Shown: positions 13,571-26,547, numbered from the stretch's first letter. The stretch: DNA of 64,000 nucleotides from Octopus vulgaris (GCA_951406725.2 OX597823.1:78430001-78494000), one strand, 5' to 3'. Translations and numbers: made by a program. The notes: a model not told the origin generated them from the letters alone.

Positions 13571-13693
13571 GAAAATGTGATGGCTTCAAGTGTGTTAATA
13601 ATGGGTACTGCATTGCACCACAGTTAAAGTGTAATAATCTTCCAAATTGTGGGACAAAAGATAACTCAGATGAAAGTACAGAAGCTGCACAAT
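13571..13693 (+). CDS. Internal coding exon: LDL-receptor class A (LDLa) repeat of a cell-surface or secreted protein (possibly CUB-LDLa type)
   Basis: Acceptor gtctttgcag| and donor |gtgagt; 123 nt, phase 1-1. Reads (G)KCDGFKCVNNGYCIAPQLKCNNLPNCGTKDNSDESTEAAQ(C), matching the LDLa pattern C-x-F-x-C-x-G-x-CI-x4-C-x5-C-x-SDE-x-C. The sixth Cys codon is split T|GT. Confidence 0.92.
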
Positions 13694-14487
13694 GTGAGTA
13701 TGGCTAATATTTTTCATTTTCTTTTCTGATGTCTGTTTTATTCCTTTTAGCAACAAGACACATAAATCTAAACGATCAGCTCAAAGCTACCAAAAAGTAG
13801 GTTATAGTCTAAAATACTTTGTTATTTCTGTACATACTGTGAAAATTACTGTATCTATATTGCTCTTAGTACTGTACCTATTACAAAATGTATTATCCTT
13901 TCTATTTTCATTTTACTCACATCTTTTGAAGCCACCAAGGCATTTGGTTTTTGTTACCTCTGTCATTTATCTCTGTCATTTTGCTATCTTTGCTTAGACT
14001 ATGGAAACTATCATACTCACTGGTGATTTCATATAATCAAATTATCATATCTATACGATGTTGCTGTTCATATTAGAGGAATTGTAATTTTTTGTGTACA
14101 ATCCTCTCACTGATAAAACCTTAGAAATCATAATCTGTTAATGTCCTATTTTATATGTATCTGTTTTCATAGAGAATGATGATTATGATGATGATGATGA
14201 TGATAAAGAGGAGAAGGTGAAGGAGGAGGAAGAGGAAGTGGGTAATAATGTCAGTAACGATGCTTGTGTTGGTGCGAGTGCTAATGATGAGGTTGATGGT
14301 AATAATTCATTAAGATTCAAAGGAACTTGAAATAGATTTTAGCATCTCTATTGTTTGTATATGTGCGTGTGTAAATGTAAATATATATATGTGTAAGTGT
14401 AAATATATATATATATATGTGTGTGTGTGTATGTGTGTGTGTATATGTATGTGTGTATATGTATGTGTGTATTATATATATATATGA

Positions 14488-14524
<37 letters not shown>

Positions 14525-14659
14525 TGTGTGTATTGTCCCTTATCTATTTTCATTGACTTACTGTATTGTTATGCGAATTTCAAAAGAACCAGAAACGGTT
14601 TTGTTTCATGTGGCTGCAACACAAGATGTTAATTGTAATTACTTGAAAGACTAAAACTA

Positions 14660-14710
<51 letters not shown>

Positions 14711-15654
14711 TATCTTTATCATCGTATATATATATATATTTATATATATAAATTAATATATATATAAATATATATATATATTGTCACAAGGATTCATAAA
14801 AGTGCAAACTTGAGAATGATGGCTTTTTTGCTTGTCTCAAAATTAATAATGATATTTAAAATGAAATCACTCAACTTACCATTTGAACACATGATTTAAG
14901 AATATATAGTCGTTTCCATGTTACTACTGCTCATTATCATCATTTTCTTTTATATATATATATATTTTGTTAAAATATGTTTGTTTTTCTTCTTCTAAAT
15001 GCCGTAAACCTTTGTAGAATACTCTGCTGCTCTTGAAATTCTGAGAATAATATCTGTAACATATAATTGTATCTAAAGGAATATGCTATCAACCAAATAT
15101 GAAGGTTTTATAGCAGATTCTTGTTCTGTTATAGGTCTAGGTCTTCATGGTTCTGTTAGCTTCTTTGGCTTCAAATTCATAAATACTCGGAGAAAGAAGA
15201 ATCCGTTGATTCTGGTCTAAGTTTTATTACATAATTTTCTTTTTTACAGAATCTTTCATTTGTTCATGCACATTTCAGAATCCCTGCTGTATAAATATTG
15301 GTTATATATTGAAAATACTTTTATCTTCCACTATTTCTGGAAAGGTTAAACCTTAGAGCAAAACATTTCTTTTTGTGTTTCATTAGACTTTTTTTTACCT
15401 AATTTTCATTTCAAATCCATTTATGCTGTTCCAGCTACGAATTACATGTATGTGTGTGAGAGAGTGTGTGACTGAGTGTATATACATGTGTGTTATTTAC
15501 ACTTGGAGATTTTAGTTTAACAACATATATTTATTTTAGATTTTACTCTGTCACATTTTTTTTCTAAAGCAAATATAAAACCAAAAAAATGTTCTAGTGC
15601 AAAATTGACAACTTCAAGTTATCAGTATCATTTAAATTACTTTTCAATAGGATA

Positions 15655-15703
<49 letters not shown>

Positions 15704-15707
15704 CATT

Positions 15708-16038
15708 ATTGAGTGAGAGAGCAGTGCATGCCATCAAAGTGACACTGGGGTAAAATATACGAAGCCCAGTATACCCATCATGACTGCCCGTCTGATAAGA
15801 GTATGCCAGGCACATGCATCAGAACCATATGTGCACGAAATGGTGATCTCATATCAAGATAAACAGCTCATGACCTTGCAGGTGGAGCCCAGTTAGAATT
15901 TTCTTCTGGTCGAGTAACCCATCCCGCTCAAAAGAATAAGGGTTGTTTAAGTATGTTGAACGAAATACCCTTGTTTCCAGAGGTGAATAATTCAAAATCT
16001 AAAGAATCCTTCTCAACACATGGCTATGATGCTCCCCT
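15708..16038 (-). mobile_element. Repeat of about 330 bp inserted into a (TAA)n microsatellite
   Basis: GC-richer segment bounded on both sides by pure (tta)n (15658-15707 and 16039-16136). Confidence 0.65.
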
Positions 16039-16045
16039 ATTATTA

Positions 16046-16138
<93 letters not shown>

Positions 16139-17006
16139 TTATTAGTAAATAATATATAAAATATAGAATTGTATATAGCTTCAAACTTTAATATAATATG
16201 AGTCTAAAATCCTGGAAAGACCAGAAATTACTAAGCATACTCTACTGACTTTGTACACTGTGGGAAACAAAACCCTATCATATACACAACTGTATAAACT
16301 CCACTTCACCGTAAAGGCAAAGTAATTTTACAATATTCTTTTGTAATTAAATTTGATGCGCTGTCGCCTTTATTCCTGCAGAGTTTTATAAAAAGAAAAG
16401 GAGGATATATTTCAAATATGATTTGTTTTGATCTAATGTATTAATTGGTTTATTTTCCTACTCTGCTTTCTTGGAATTGATTTGTCAAAGCAATTTCTGT
16501 TAATTCAATCGTCATTAATTACCGAAAATCTACTGAATGGATTGAAGCCAATAGATAATTTAATAAACAGAACACATTCTTTTGAAGAAAACTCCAACTG
16601 TTTCTGTTAAAATGATAGATGTATGTATAACTTTGAACTACTGCTATCTAAAATAAATTTCTACATACTTTCTCTAACAATTTTACATATTTTCTCACAT
16701 ATTAGATTATAAAATTCTACATTCCTTTATTATATCATTTTCTCTAATTACTGATTCTAATATCTGGTTACACGACCTATACCCATTAGCAATTGAAAAA
16801 CACATTCAATGAGTTAGTGTTGATGATGATGTTGATAATGACAGTAATCTGTCTGATGACAAAATAAAAATCAAGAATTCACCCTTCCCTGACATTATTT
16901 CCAATAAAATACTCTCCCTTGGTGCTACAATTAATTTTAAGAATAATCAAGAATTTGTAGAGTATTTAGTAAAAATAATTATGTTACCATTATATTAGTG
17001 TTTTGG

Positions 17007-17160
17007 TGGAGGCACATAGCCTAGTGGTTAGAGCAGCGGACTCGCGGTCGAGGGATCATGGGTTCGAATCTCAGACCGGGTGATGTGTGTGTTTATGAGC
17101 GAAAAAACTTAAGCTCCATGCGGTTCCAGCAGAAGGTAATGGGGAACTTCTGCTGACTCT
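17007..17160 (+). mobile_element. tRNA-derived SINE 5' part (family G)
   Basis: A box tagcctagtgg and B box ggttcgaatct, followed by a non-tRNA body. Confidence 0.75.
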
Positions 17161-17849
17161 TCTTTTAGCAGTAGAGATAAGAGATAGAGAGACTTAAAAT
17201 TTTTATCATATTCATTATTCACTTCATGTTCACATTTCCATGGATCAGTTGGAATTCATTGAGGCAGATTTTCTATGGTCAGATGTCCTTTCTATTGCCA
17301 ACCCTCTCCTGTTTCCAACCAAGATAATATTTTCCCATGGCTAGACATGCTTAAATGGAAGTCAGGAAACAAGGGACACCACTTGTATGACTGACATTTG
17401 TTTACAACCAATATTTGCTGCCAAGACAAGGAGACACAAATGCTCTCGCTTAAAGTGTGTGTGTGTGTCTGTGTGTGTAAATGTTTTTTTTTTAATTATG
17501 TACAGTCAAATATAAAAATGCTCAAACCTAAATTGAAGGATTACTCAATAATTTAAAGTAAAGAGATATAGCTAATTTTACTCGAAAAATATTAAAAGTG
17601 ACTTCAAAGTGTCACCATGGGATATTTTCACTTGAAAAGTTTAAGAACTGAAAAACTTATTTTATTTATGGTAAGGTACAAGTGTGGTTGTGTGGTTAAG
17701 TAGCATGCTTCCCAGACATGTAGTCTTGGGTTTAGTCCATCTGTGCAACATCTTGAGCAACTGTTGTTGGGTAGGAGCCCCAAGCTGGCTAAAACTTTGT
17801 GAGTGGATCTGATGCATGGAAATTAAAAGAACCCTTTACATATCCTCCT

Positions 17850-18285
17850 CCTCATCATCATCATCGTTTAACATTCGCTTTCCATGCTGGCATGTGTTGG
17901 ACAGTTTGATTGAGGACTGGTGAGCCAGAAACTGTACCTGGCTCAATCTGATCTGGCAAAGTTTCTACAGTTGGATGCACTTCCTAATGCCAACCACTCT
18001 GAGAGTGTAGTGGGTGCTTTTATATGCCACTGGCATGAGGGCCAGTTCTGGCAAAGACCATGCTCAAAAGGTGTTTTTACGTGCTACCTGCATGGGAGCC
18101 AGTCCAGAAGCACTGGCAATGGCCACGCTCAAATGTTGTTTTTCATATGCCACCGGTACATGTGCTGGTAAGACAACGCTGGCAATGATCATGCTCGAAT
18201 GGTGCTTTTCACTTGTCACTGGCATGGGAGCCAATCCGTGGCCCTGGCAACAATCACGCTTGGATATGCTTTTGATATTCCTCTG
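17850..18285 (-). mobile_element. Family C retroposon ((GAT)n tail, ggaagggcatccagctgtag motif, about 60-bp internal tandem units) inserted after a family A head (17675-17840)
   Basis: (cat)n cgtttaac...ccatgctggcatg...ttctacagttggatgc, followed by 4-5 units of ggtgcttttacgtgccaccggcac-like sequence. Confidence 0.82.
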
Positions 18286-18653
18286 ACAGACACACACATA
18301 TACACGTGTGTGTGTGTGTGTATCATGAACTCTCCTGTCATTAGACGATGTGTGAGGTTCCTGCTAGTTCTTGCTAAACAATGACACAGATAACATGTTT
18401 CTAGCTGTCAAGTGTTTGCATTCACATAACCTTACTCCCTACATCAAACTGACATTATCTGTACAGGTGCATGGCCCATGCAAGCATGAAAAAGTGAACT
18501 TTAAATAACAATGATGGCATACACTTGTAAATTAATGGAAAACATGATAGTGACTTATAATTGCCGACCATTATGTAAAGATAATGGAAGCTAGAAATGA
18601 ATACACTTCAGCAACAGTATTTCAGAAATTATCCTCAAATTCTGCCTTCTTAG

Positions 18654-18851
18654 TTGCAAGTATGGCTGTGTGGTATGAAAGCTTACTTCCCAACCACCTG
18701 GTTCTCGATTCAGTTCCACTGCCTGGTGCTTTGGGCAAGTGTCTTCTTCTATAGCCCAAGGCTGGCCAAAATCTTGTGAGAGGATTCCATAGACAGAAAC
18801 TGAAAGCAGACTATTAGACTATTGTGTGTGTATGTATATATATATATATGT

Positions 18852-18894
<43 letters not shown>

Positions 18895-18901
18895 TACATA
18901 C

Positions 18902-18944
<43 letters not shown>

Positions 18945-19315
18945 CATACATACATACATACATATGTATATATATATTTATATATATATACACACGCACA
19001 TACATATGTATATATATATATATATAAATATATATATATATGTATTATATATGTATGTATGAATGTATGTATGTATATTTATATAAATGTGTTTGTGTTT
19101 GTCCCCTATTACACCACTTAAGAACTGGTGTTGATGTGTCTACTTCCCTGTTACTTAGCAGTTCATAAAAAAAACCCGATAGAGTAAGTAGCAGGTTCAA
19201 ATTAAAAAAAACATACTGGGGGTTAATTCATTTGAGTAAAAATCCTTCAAGGTTGTGCCCTAGCATGGCCGCAGTCTAATGACTGAAACAAGTAAAAGAG
19301 AGACAATAAAAGATA
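18654..19315 (+). mobile_element. Family A SINE with a strongly expanded internal microsatellite
   Basis: Head 18654-18815, about 270 bp of TA/CA repeats, tail to 19315. Confidence 0.85.
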
Positions 19316-19989
19316 CACATAGAAGTAACTCAGCCTGAAATAGTAGCAAAATCTCCCTCAAAGCACTCTTAGTCTTCAAAAAGGACACATTGGATAACAT
19401 AGCTAGACATAGCATGAGATAGGCAGACTATATCTGAAAAATAGATGGAATGGTCATGGTTGCAATGTCTTTGATTATAGATCTGTTCAGTGAGAGTTGA
19501 CTTGACATTAAACTACAACATGAAGCTCTGAAACATTATTATTATGTATTGACATGATTATACCGATGGTTTGTTGGAATACCAAATCATTATTGCAAGT
19601 CAAAGCTTACTTTATTCCATTATGGCTTTATAGTCATTAAGGAATATTCAAATTTCCTGCTGTTAAGACCATTAAGAATGAAAAGCAGATTAAATCCTAA
19701 ATGAGAATTGACTGATTAGAATATGAACAAGTGGAACTGGAAAATATAATAAACAATCTTTCGTCATTGTCTTGCAACTTCACATTGAGTGGTTCACCAA
19801 CAAGAGCTATTGTCATAATCCCAGTGATCACACTAACTCTCCTCTGTCTTCCATATTTAATTAAGCTTAATTAATTAAATTTTCAGGGTTGTCTCCCTTG
19901 TTTTTATTTTTCATTAGGTGTGGCAGTGTGGTCCAGAAGTTTGATTCCAAACCACATGGTTTTGGTTTCAGTCACACTGCATATATATA

Positions 19990-20213
19990 TCATCATCATC
20001 ATCATCATCGTTTAACGTCTGTTTTCCATGCTAGCATGGGTTGGAAGGTTCAACCCGGGTCTGGGAAGCCAAGAGGCTGTACCAGGCTCCAGTCTGATCT
20101 GTCAGTGTTTCTACAGCTGGATGCCCTTCCTAATACCAACCACTCCATGAGTATAGTGGGTGCTCTTTAAGTGCCACCGGCACAGGTGCCAGGAGAGGCT
20201 AGCAATGGCCACG
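19990..20213 (-). mobile_element. Family C retroposon, 5'-truncated
   Basis: (cat)n tail plus body, flanked by short TA runs. Confidence 0.85.
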
Positions 20214-20227
20214 ATATATATATATAG

Positions 20228-20862
20228 GTATAAGAGTGGTAAGAAGTTTATTTCCCAACTAAACAGTTCTGGTTCAGTTCTATTGTGTAACATTTCTTCT
20301 AATATAGCCCCAAGCCAACCCATGCCTTATGAATGAATTTGGTCGATGGAAACTGAAAGAAGCCTGATGTTCATATATATATATATATACATATATATCA
20401 TCATCATCATCATCAAGCGTCTGATTTCCATGTGGGCATGGATTGGACTGACAAGCCAGGAGGTTGCACCAGGCTCCAGTTTGATCTGGGAAGGTTTCTA
20501 CAGCTGGATGCCTTTCCTAGCACCAACTACGCTGAGAGTGTAGTGGGTGCTTTTTACGTGCCACCAGCATGGGAGCCAGTCAGGTAGCACTGGCATCGAC
20601 CATGTTCAAATGGTGCTTTTCATATGCCATATGTGTGTGTGTGTGTGTTTCTTTGTGTCTGTGTTTGTTCCTGCCAGCACTTGACAACTAGTGTTGGTGT
20701 GCTTACACCCTCATAACTTAGCAGTTCAGCAAAAGAGACTGATAACATAAGTACCAGGTTTAAAAAAAATAAAAGTACTGGGGTCCATTTCTTTGGCTAA
20801 GATTCTTCAAGACAGTGCCCCAACATGGTCACAGTTTAATGACTAAAACAAGTAAAAGATAC
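20228..20862 (+). mobile_element. Family A SINE interrupted by a family C element (20397-20630, minus)
   Basis: Head, then (cat)n and a family C body, then the A tail. Confidence 0.8.
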
Positions 20863-20952
20863 ATATTTATTTCTGAATTTGATTAAGGTTCCAAGAACTG
20901 AAAGAAAAACAAATGTTCAGCTATGATAGTATTAAAAGCAACTGTAAATATC

Positions 20953-21335
20953 GGTGCAGAAGTGGCTGTGTGGTAAGAAGCTTGCTTCCCAACCATATGG
21001 TTCCAGGTTCAGTCCCACTGCATGGCACCTTGGGCAAGTGCCTTCTGTTATAGCATCAGGCCAACCAAAGCCTTGTGTGTGGATTTGGTAGATGGAAACT
21101 GAAAGAAGCCTGTCGTATATATGTGTGTGTGTGTGTGTGCATTTGTGTGTCTGTGTTTATCCTCCCACCACCGTCACTTGATAACCAAATGCTGGTGTGT
21201 TTAAATTACCATAACGATAGAATAAGCACTAGTCTTACAAAGAATAAGTCCTGGGGTCGATTTGTTTGACTAAAGGTAGTACGGCAGCATGGCCACAGTC
21301 AAATGACTGAAACTAGTAGAAGAATAAAAGAATAA
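20953..21335 (+). mobile_element. Family A SINE
   Basis: Full head to tail with a small internal deletion. Confidence 0.9.
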
Positions 21336-21814
21336 CCACTGAAAATATGCCTTCTTGTTTTTGTTGTCTTGTTGTCTTCTACCAGCTTTGGTCAAGTACA
21401 TCTTCTATTAAATGTATCTTTTACTAAGAGAGTAGACAGCAATTTGTGTGAGAGACTTGGTGGTTATTCTTAGCAGGTTGAGTGATATACAGAGGCTCCA
21501 TAATGCTTACAGAGATTATAAATTGAAATTATTTGCCATGTTGCCTCCTCTAGGCTTCTATGAAGAGTTTTGATGCTGTTCAATTATGTAAGAGAATACT
21601 AGTTTTAGAGTAGTGAAACTGAAGTGCTCTGTGGTGTTTATTTACAGCTAGGAGAATAAGTAATTGAATATCTTTGTCAGAAACACTGCAAGTTGCTGCT
21701 AACTGAGTAATAATTAATTCTTTAACCAATCAACTCATCTACTCTTTATATCTATTGTGTGAGCATATGTAATATAATATAATTCAATATAATATTATAT
21801 AATATATACATACA

Positions 21815-22545
21815 TACAGATAGATAGATAGAAAGATAGACAGATAGATAGATAGACAGACAGATAGATATATAGAGAGGTAGGTAGATAGATAGATAGA
21901 TAGATAGATAGAGAGATAGATAGACAGATAGATATATAGATAGGTAGACAGACAGATATATAGATAAGTAGAGCATCCAGCTGTAAAAACTCTGCCAGAT
22001 CAAGATTGGAGCCTGGTGCAGCCATCTGGTTCGCCAGCCCTCAGTTAAATCATCCAACCCATGCTAGCATGGAAAGCAGACGTTAAACGATGATGATGAT
22101 GATGATGATGATGATGATAATAGATATATATATAGATAGGTAGATTGATAGATAGACAGACAGATAGATAGATAAATAGATAGATAGGTAGACAGATCGA
22201 TATATAGATAGGTAGATAGATAGATAGATAGATAGACAGACAGATAGATATATAGATAGGTAGATAGATAGATAAATAGATAGATAGATAGATAGACAGA
22301 CAGATAGATAGATATATAGATAGGTAGACAGATAGATATATAGATAGATAGATAGATAGACAGATAGATATATAGATAGGTAAATAGAGAGATATATAGA
22401 TAGGTAGAAAGACAGACAGACAGAGAGATTGACAGACAGACAGCTAGATTGACAGACATATAGATAGATATATAGATAGGTAGATAGATATATAGATAGG
22501 TAGACAGATAGATATATAGATTGATAGACAGACAGATAGACAGAA
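21815..22545. repeat. Compound (GATA/GACA)n array with a recurring gatatatagataggtaga unit
   Basis: Directly visible; interrupted by a family C fragment. Confidence 0.95.
21972..22118 (+). mobile_element. Family C 3' fragment inserted in a GATA array
   Basis: gcatccagctgtaaaaac...ccatgctagcatggaaagcagacgttaaac(gat)n. Confidence 0.88.
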
Positions 22546-23104
22546 TTTAATAACCACAGGATTTAGATTTGAGCTATATATATTTATATTGACAGATAGA
22601 TTTGTATGCTAGTACAAAAATATCAGGTTATTGCTTTGTTGTGTTCCATATAGTATTATCAATTCATAACTGTCTGGTGAAAAAAAAAAATCACCCTTTG
22701 CCAACATTCTATTTGTGTTTTAAATAATTAAAATTTAGTTTGCTAAAATTCTTTCATATTTTTATCTGATATAAATAAATCTGAATAAATTATATTTTAC
22801 ACTACTTTTTATATCATTCAATAAATTCTTCTTTAATAAATTTCAATGCTATTTTTAATAACAACAATTACAAAATCTTTAGGGCAGCTATGTGTACATT
22901 AACTGCTCACAATCCATGTCTTCTGGCGAATATTTTTTATCTAATTATCCAACAGAGTAATAAATGGTAATTTCGTTATCTGGAAGACCAAATGAAGAGG
23001 ATAACAAACGCATTATTTGAAGAATAGTGCGTTTGTCATTTTATCAGTTATTATTTATTTAGTTATTTATTTATTTATTTATTTATTCATTCATTTATTT
23101 TATT

Positions 23105-23143
<39 letters not shown>

Positions 23144-23540
23144 TTCTAGTTGGCTCAAAAATAATTCTTTTGTAGATGTGAAGTTGATTGAATAAAATTT
23201 AGTTTACTACAGGTATATATTTCATTGATTTGAGATCAATGAAATGCAAAGGTGACCCCTATCAGGAATTTAATTAAAAACAACAAAATGTTTGTTATAC
23301 TAAAGCAACTAGCTCAGAGTAATATTGCTCTTTTAACTATCTCTGCTAAAATAATTCTAATTCCAAAAGTAATTTTTAATTCTTACTGACAACATATGTG
23401 AGAAGTTACTGAAACGAGCAGAGTAATGTCTGTCCAAGCAGCCTCAGAACCAATAAGAGTGCTGGTACATAGTTGCTTGACCAGTTATAAATAAATGGGT
23501 GTCAAATGTTGTGAAAATCATATTTTACCATTTCAATTGA

Positions 23541-23760
23541 CCTTTTAGCATTCAGATTACTCTGTCAAATGTAATATTTATCTATTAAAATTGTTTTGAA
23601 TTAATCATGCATTATCTAGTAGCTTTAAGATTTTGATGATGTCATAATCTATTTTTAGAATGACATTATAGGGTAGGTATGAAAGGCTAGATATGGCCAG
23701 TGCATAAGTAAAACAGGTAGAAAATTTAGGCCAGATATGGTCAGTTTAAATGTTAAATGG
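23541..23760. mobile_element. TTAA-targeting (piggyBac-type) MITE, family F
   Basis: Ends ccttttagcatt / aatgttaaatgg, flanked by ttga and ttaa. Homologues at 46900, 48893 and 55235. Confidence 0.75.
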
Positions 23761-24042
23761 TTAAAGCAAGAACACATTGGACAACTTGGTCATGGGAATA
23801 GTATGTACAAGGAAAAGACAGGATGGTCACTAACTTCATTTATAAGTAGGCTTCATCAGGACTTTCCTGGTGCTAAACAGCACTCCTAACATGTTACAAA
23901 CATGGTGGTTCCAGGGAAATCACCATGTTAGGTTTTATGTTAGTATTCAATGCTAAAATCTTTTGGTATGATTTTACTCCTGAGAGAGAAGTGAAAATTC
24001 ATAAACTGAAACCTCATATGTGAATGTGTGTGTGTGTGCATG

Positions 24043-24076
<34 letters not shown>

Positions 24077-24179
24077 CTTGTGAATGTGAGTGTGCATATG
24101 TGCATGTGTGTGTGAGTGTATAGAGAGAGAGAGAGAGAAAGAGAGAGGTATATCAAATATTGTACAACATAAATTCTTG

Positions 24180-24440
24180 ATTTATTAAAATAACCTCTGC
24201 CTCCTGATAATGCATCAGAATTACCAAATGGTAAGACCAGCTCTGTAAGAGAAGTGGAGAAAACCTCAAGAATTATGAATTCTCTAATGATGACATGCCA
24301 TTAAAGAAATAGACGGGCTTATTACCTGGAGATAAGAGGACAGTCATGGATACCTGTTTCCACCTCAGTAGTCATCATCAGTATAATAATTATCTGACCT
24401 TATCACAAGTAACCAAAGGACTTAAAGATACAAAAAGAGT
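24180..24440 (-). mobile_element. Penelope-like relic (family P4, copy 2) with decayed hammerhead at 24345-24385
   Basis: Minus strand tata-CTGATGA-tgactactgaggtg-GAAAC-aggt-ATC-catg. Shares aattaccaaatgg and ataag(g/a)ggaca blocks with copy 1. Confidence 0.5.
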
Positions 24441-24667
24441 AGAACACACAACTGAAATAAGGTTGACTTTACCTTTCATCCTTTCAGGGTCGATAAAATA
24501 ATTACCAATTGAGCACTGGGGTCTATGTAATCAGTAAGTCCCCTCTGACCAAAATTTCCAGCATTGTGCCTACAGTAAAAAGGATTATTTAAAACTGAGC
24601 CAAGAAAAGTAGCTCAGTGTGACCAGTGGCTTGTATTTGAGCAACAGAGTTAAATTACAAATATATC

Positions 24668-24899
24668 TGTTTCTTTATTACCCACAAGAGGCTAAACATA
24701 GAGGGGACAAACAAGGACAGACAAAGGGATTAAGTCGATTACATCGACCCCAGTGCGAAACTGGTACTTTATTTATCGACCCCAAAAGGATGAAAAGCAA
24801 AGTCGACCTCGGCAGAATTTGAACTCAGAACGTAATGACAGACAAAATACCGCTAAGCATCTCGCCCGACACGCTAACATTTCTGCCAGCTCATCGCCT
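24668..24899 (-). mobile_element. Family B SINE monomer (young); a + strand fragment lies at 24460-24590
   Basis: Close reverse-complement match to the family B head and core. Confidence 0.88.
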
Positions 24900-25349
24900 A
24901 GTGAAGGATATAAACATGAGTGAGAAACCTAGAAATTGATGAAACACCATTATAGTGTCACCATTAGAAATGCATTGAACCAGAGACTGGCTGATTGAAC
25001 ACATGTAAACTACGATGTTATGGTTCATAAATTGTGTTAAAAGAATAAGTACAGAAGTTTGTCTATATTACAGTATCAGTCAACATCATTTATAGTAATT
25101 AAAAAAAAAACTAATGACAGCCCTAAATTTAAAAAGAAAGAAAATTCATGTTTGACTTCCTTGTTGATGGGATTTCTAAAGGCGTATTTAAGTGTAATCT
25201 AGAAATTTCTTCAGATCTTGTTTCTTCAACTGGACACTATCAAATATTACCATAAAATGAAAGGATATGGAATTTTGCTAATCAACATTTCTGACTTCTT
25301 AACAAGCGAAACGCTGCCAGTTTTATATCTGAACATCAAATAAAATGTC

Positions 25350-26300
25350 TTTAGAATAATAATTCAGTATAAAAATCAGCTTTAGTCATCTTTTGCAGAC
25401 TGTCATTGATCTACTATGTATTCAGGAAACATCTATAGCTCATTGAGATTGATATCATAAGAAATGTGTCTGCTTTGATTATGTCTGTCAAAGATGAAAC
25501 TGTAAATGGTTCGAAGAAATCGGGGATGTAATTTTGGCAAGAAACACCGTGGTATTAATATTAAAGAACATAACAATGTTGAACAGCTTGCTAAATATTG
25601 ATAAAACTGATATGAGAAACACTATTCAGTAGAACGACAACCATATAGTGAAAAACATGGATTTAGTATTAGTTTTGCTTTTAGAAATAGTTAATGATAA
25701 ATTCTTTAACAATTCCATAACAATGCTTATAATTAGATTTTTGAGGGTCAATGGATGAAAGTGAGAAGTCTCCCATTGGGTAGAATGCTTTTCTATAGTA
25801 AGTAATTTTTCTAAAACAAGGTATTGCATTTCTCCCTGTTACAAGACAGAGCAACATAAATGCAAGTGCTCATCTTAGAGGCACTGAAAATGGTAGCCAC
25901 CAGCACTCAACATAGCTGCTTTCAGAAGTAGCTCCTTCAAATTTCCAAGTGGATTACACAGGAACAAAAATAATTATGTTATAGACAGCAATGAAAGTGT
26001 CTTAATTTCATCCCCTAACGATGCTGGAAACATCAGCAACTCTCTCTCAAATCCCTCTATACTGTATCAAAAAAGAAGGGGGATATTGAGTATTTTTATC
26101 ACAGATATTCCTCATAAAAAGCAATGCAGTCTTAGTTGGAATGCCTTTGATTATAGGCCTAACCCGTCTTGAGTGACCTTGGAATATAGAACAAGGCTTA
26201 CCATATAAAATGTCAAATGAACTAAATAGTTCATCATTTCTTAGTATTTTTAGAGATAAGTATAAAGTAATTATATTGATAATTAGCAAACTGTCATTCA
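25350..26300 (+). pseudogene. Highly decayed LINE APE-endonuclease relic; its 3' portion recurs at 28150-28750
   Basis: attgatctactatgtattcaggaaaca = IDLLCIQET (APE motif) at about 25405. About 25685-26260 aligns with about 28170-28730. Confidence 0.5.
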
Positions 26301-26547
26301 ACTATGGTTAAACTTGTTATGATATGCCACTGCCTGGATCTGCTCTTACAGTGCAAGTGCAAATGGGTCAAGAATTGGAAGCGCATTGTGACCAGTGATG
26401 GAAAATAGCATCTGGTTAATATTGTGATGTGTACATATGTGTATTTATGTGTGTATATATAGATATATATGGGTATGTGTTAAATAAAATGAGACAACAA
26501 AACGAAAGCTGTGTGGAATTATGGGACATTTATAGAGGGAAAGGTAG

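Noticed and set aside
13571-13693. Back-spliced LDLa exon as an endless circular ORF (123 nt, flanked by inverted SINEs)
   Set aside because: The circular junction T+GA forms a stop codon, and there is no evidence of circularisation.
14173-14330. Acceptor-like site followed by an acidic D/E-rich open frame
   Set aside because: A degenerate GAT/GAG trinucleotide tract; a phase-1 join with the LDLa exon gives an immediate TAG.
17007-17080. tRNA-like sequences (also 57651-57725 and the family A heads)
   Set aside because: They have A/B boxes but no complete cloverleaf and continue into repeat bodies, so they are SINE heads rather than tRNA genes.
18010-18285. CRISPR-like repeat-spacer appearance
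   Set aside because: Eukaryotic context, no cas genes, spacers homologous to each other, and part of a dispersed retroposon.
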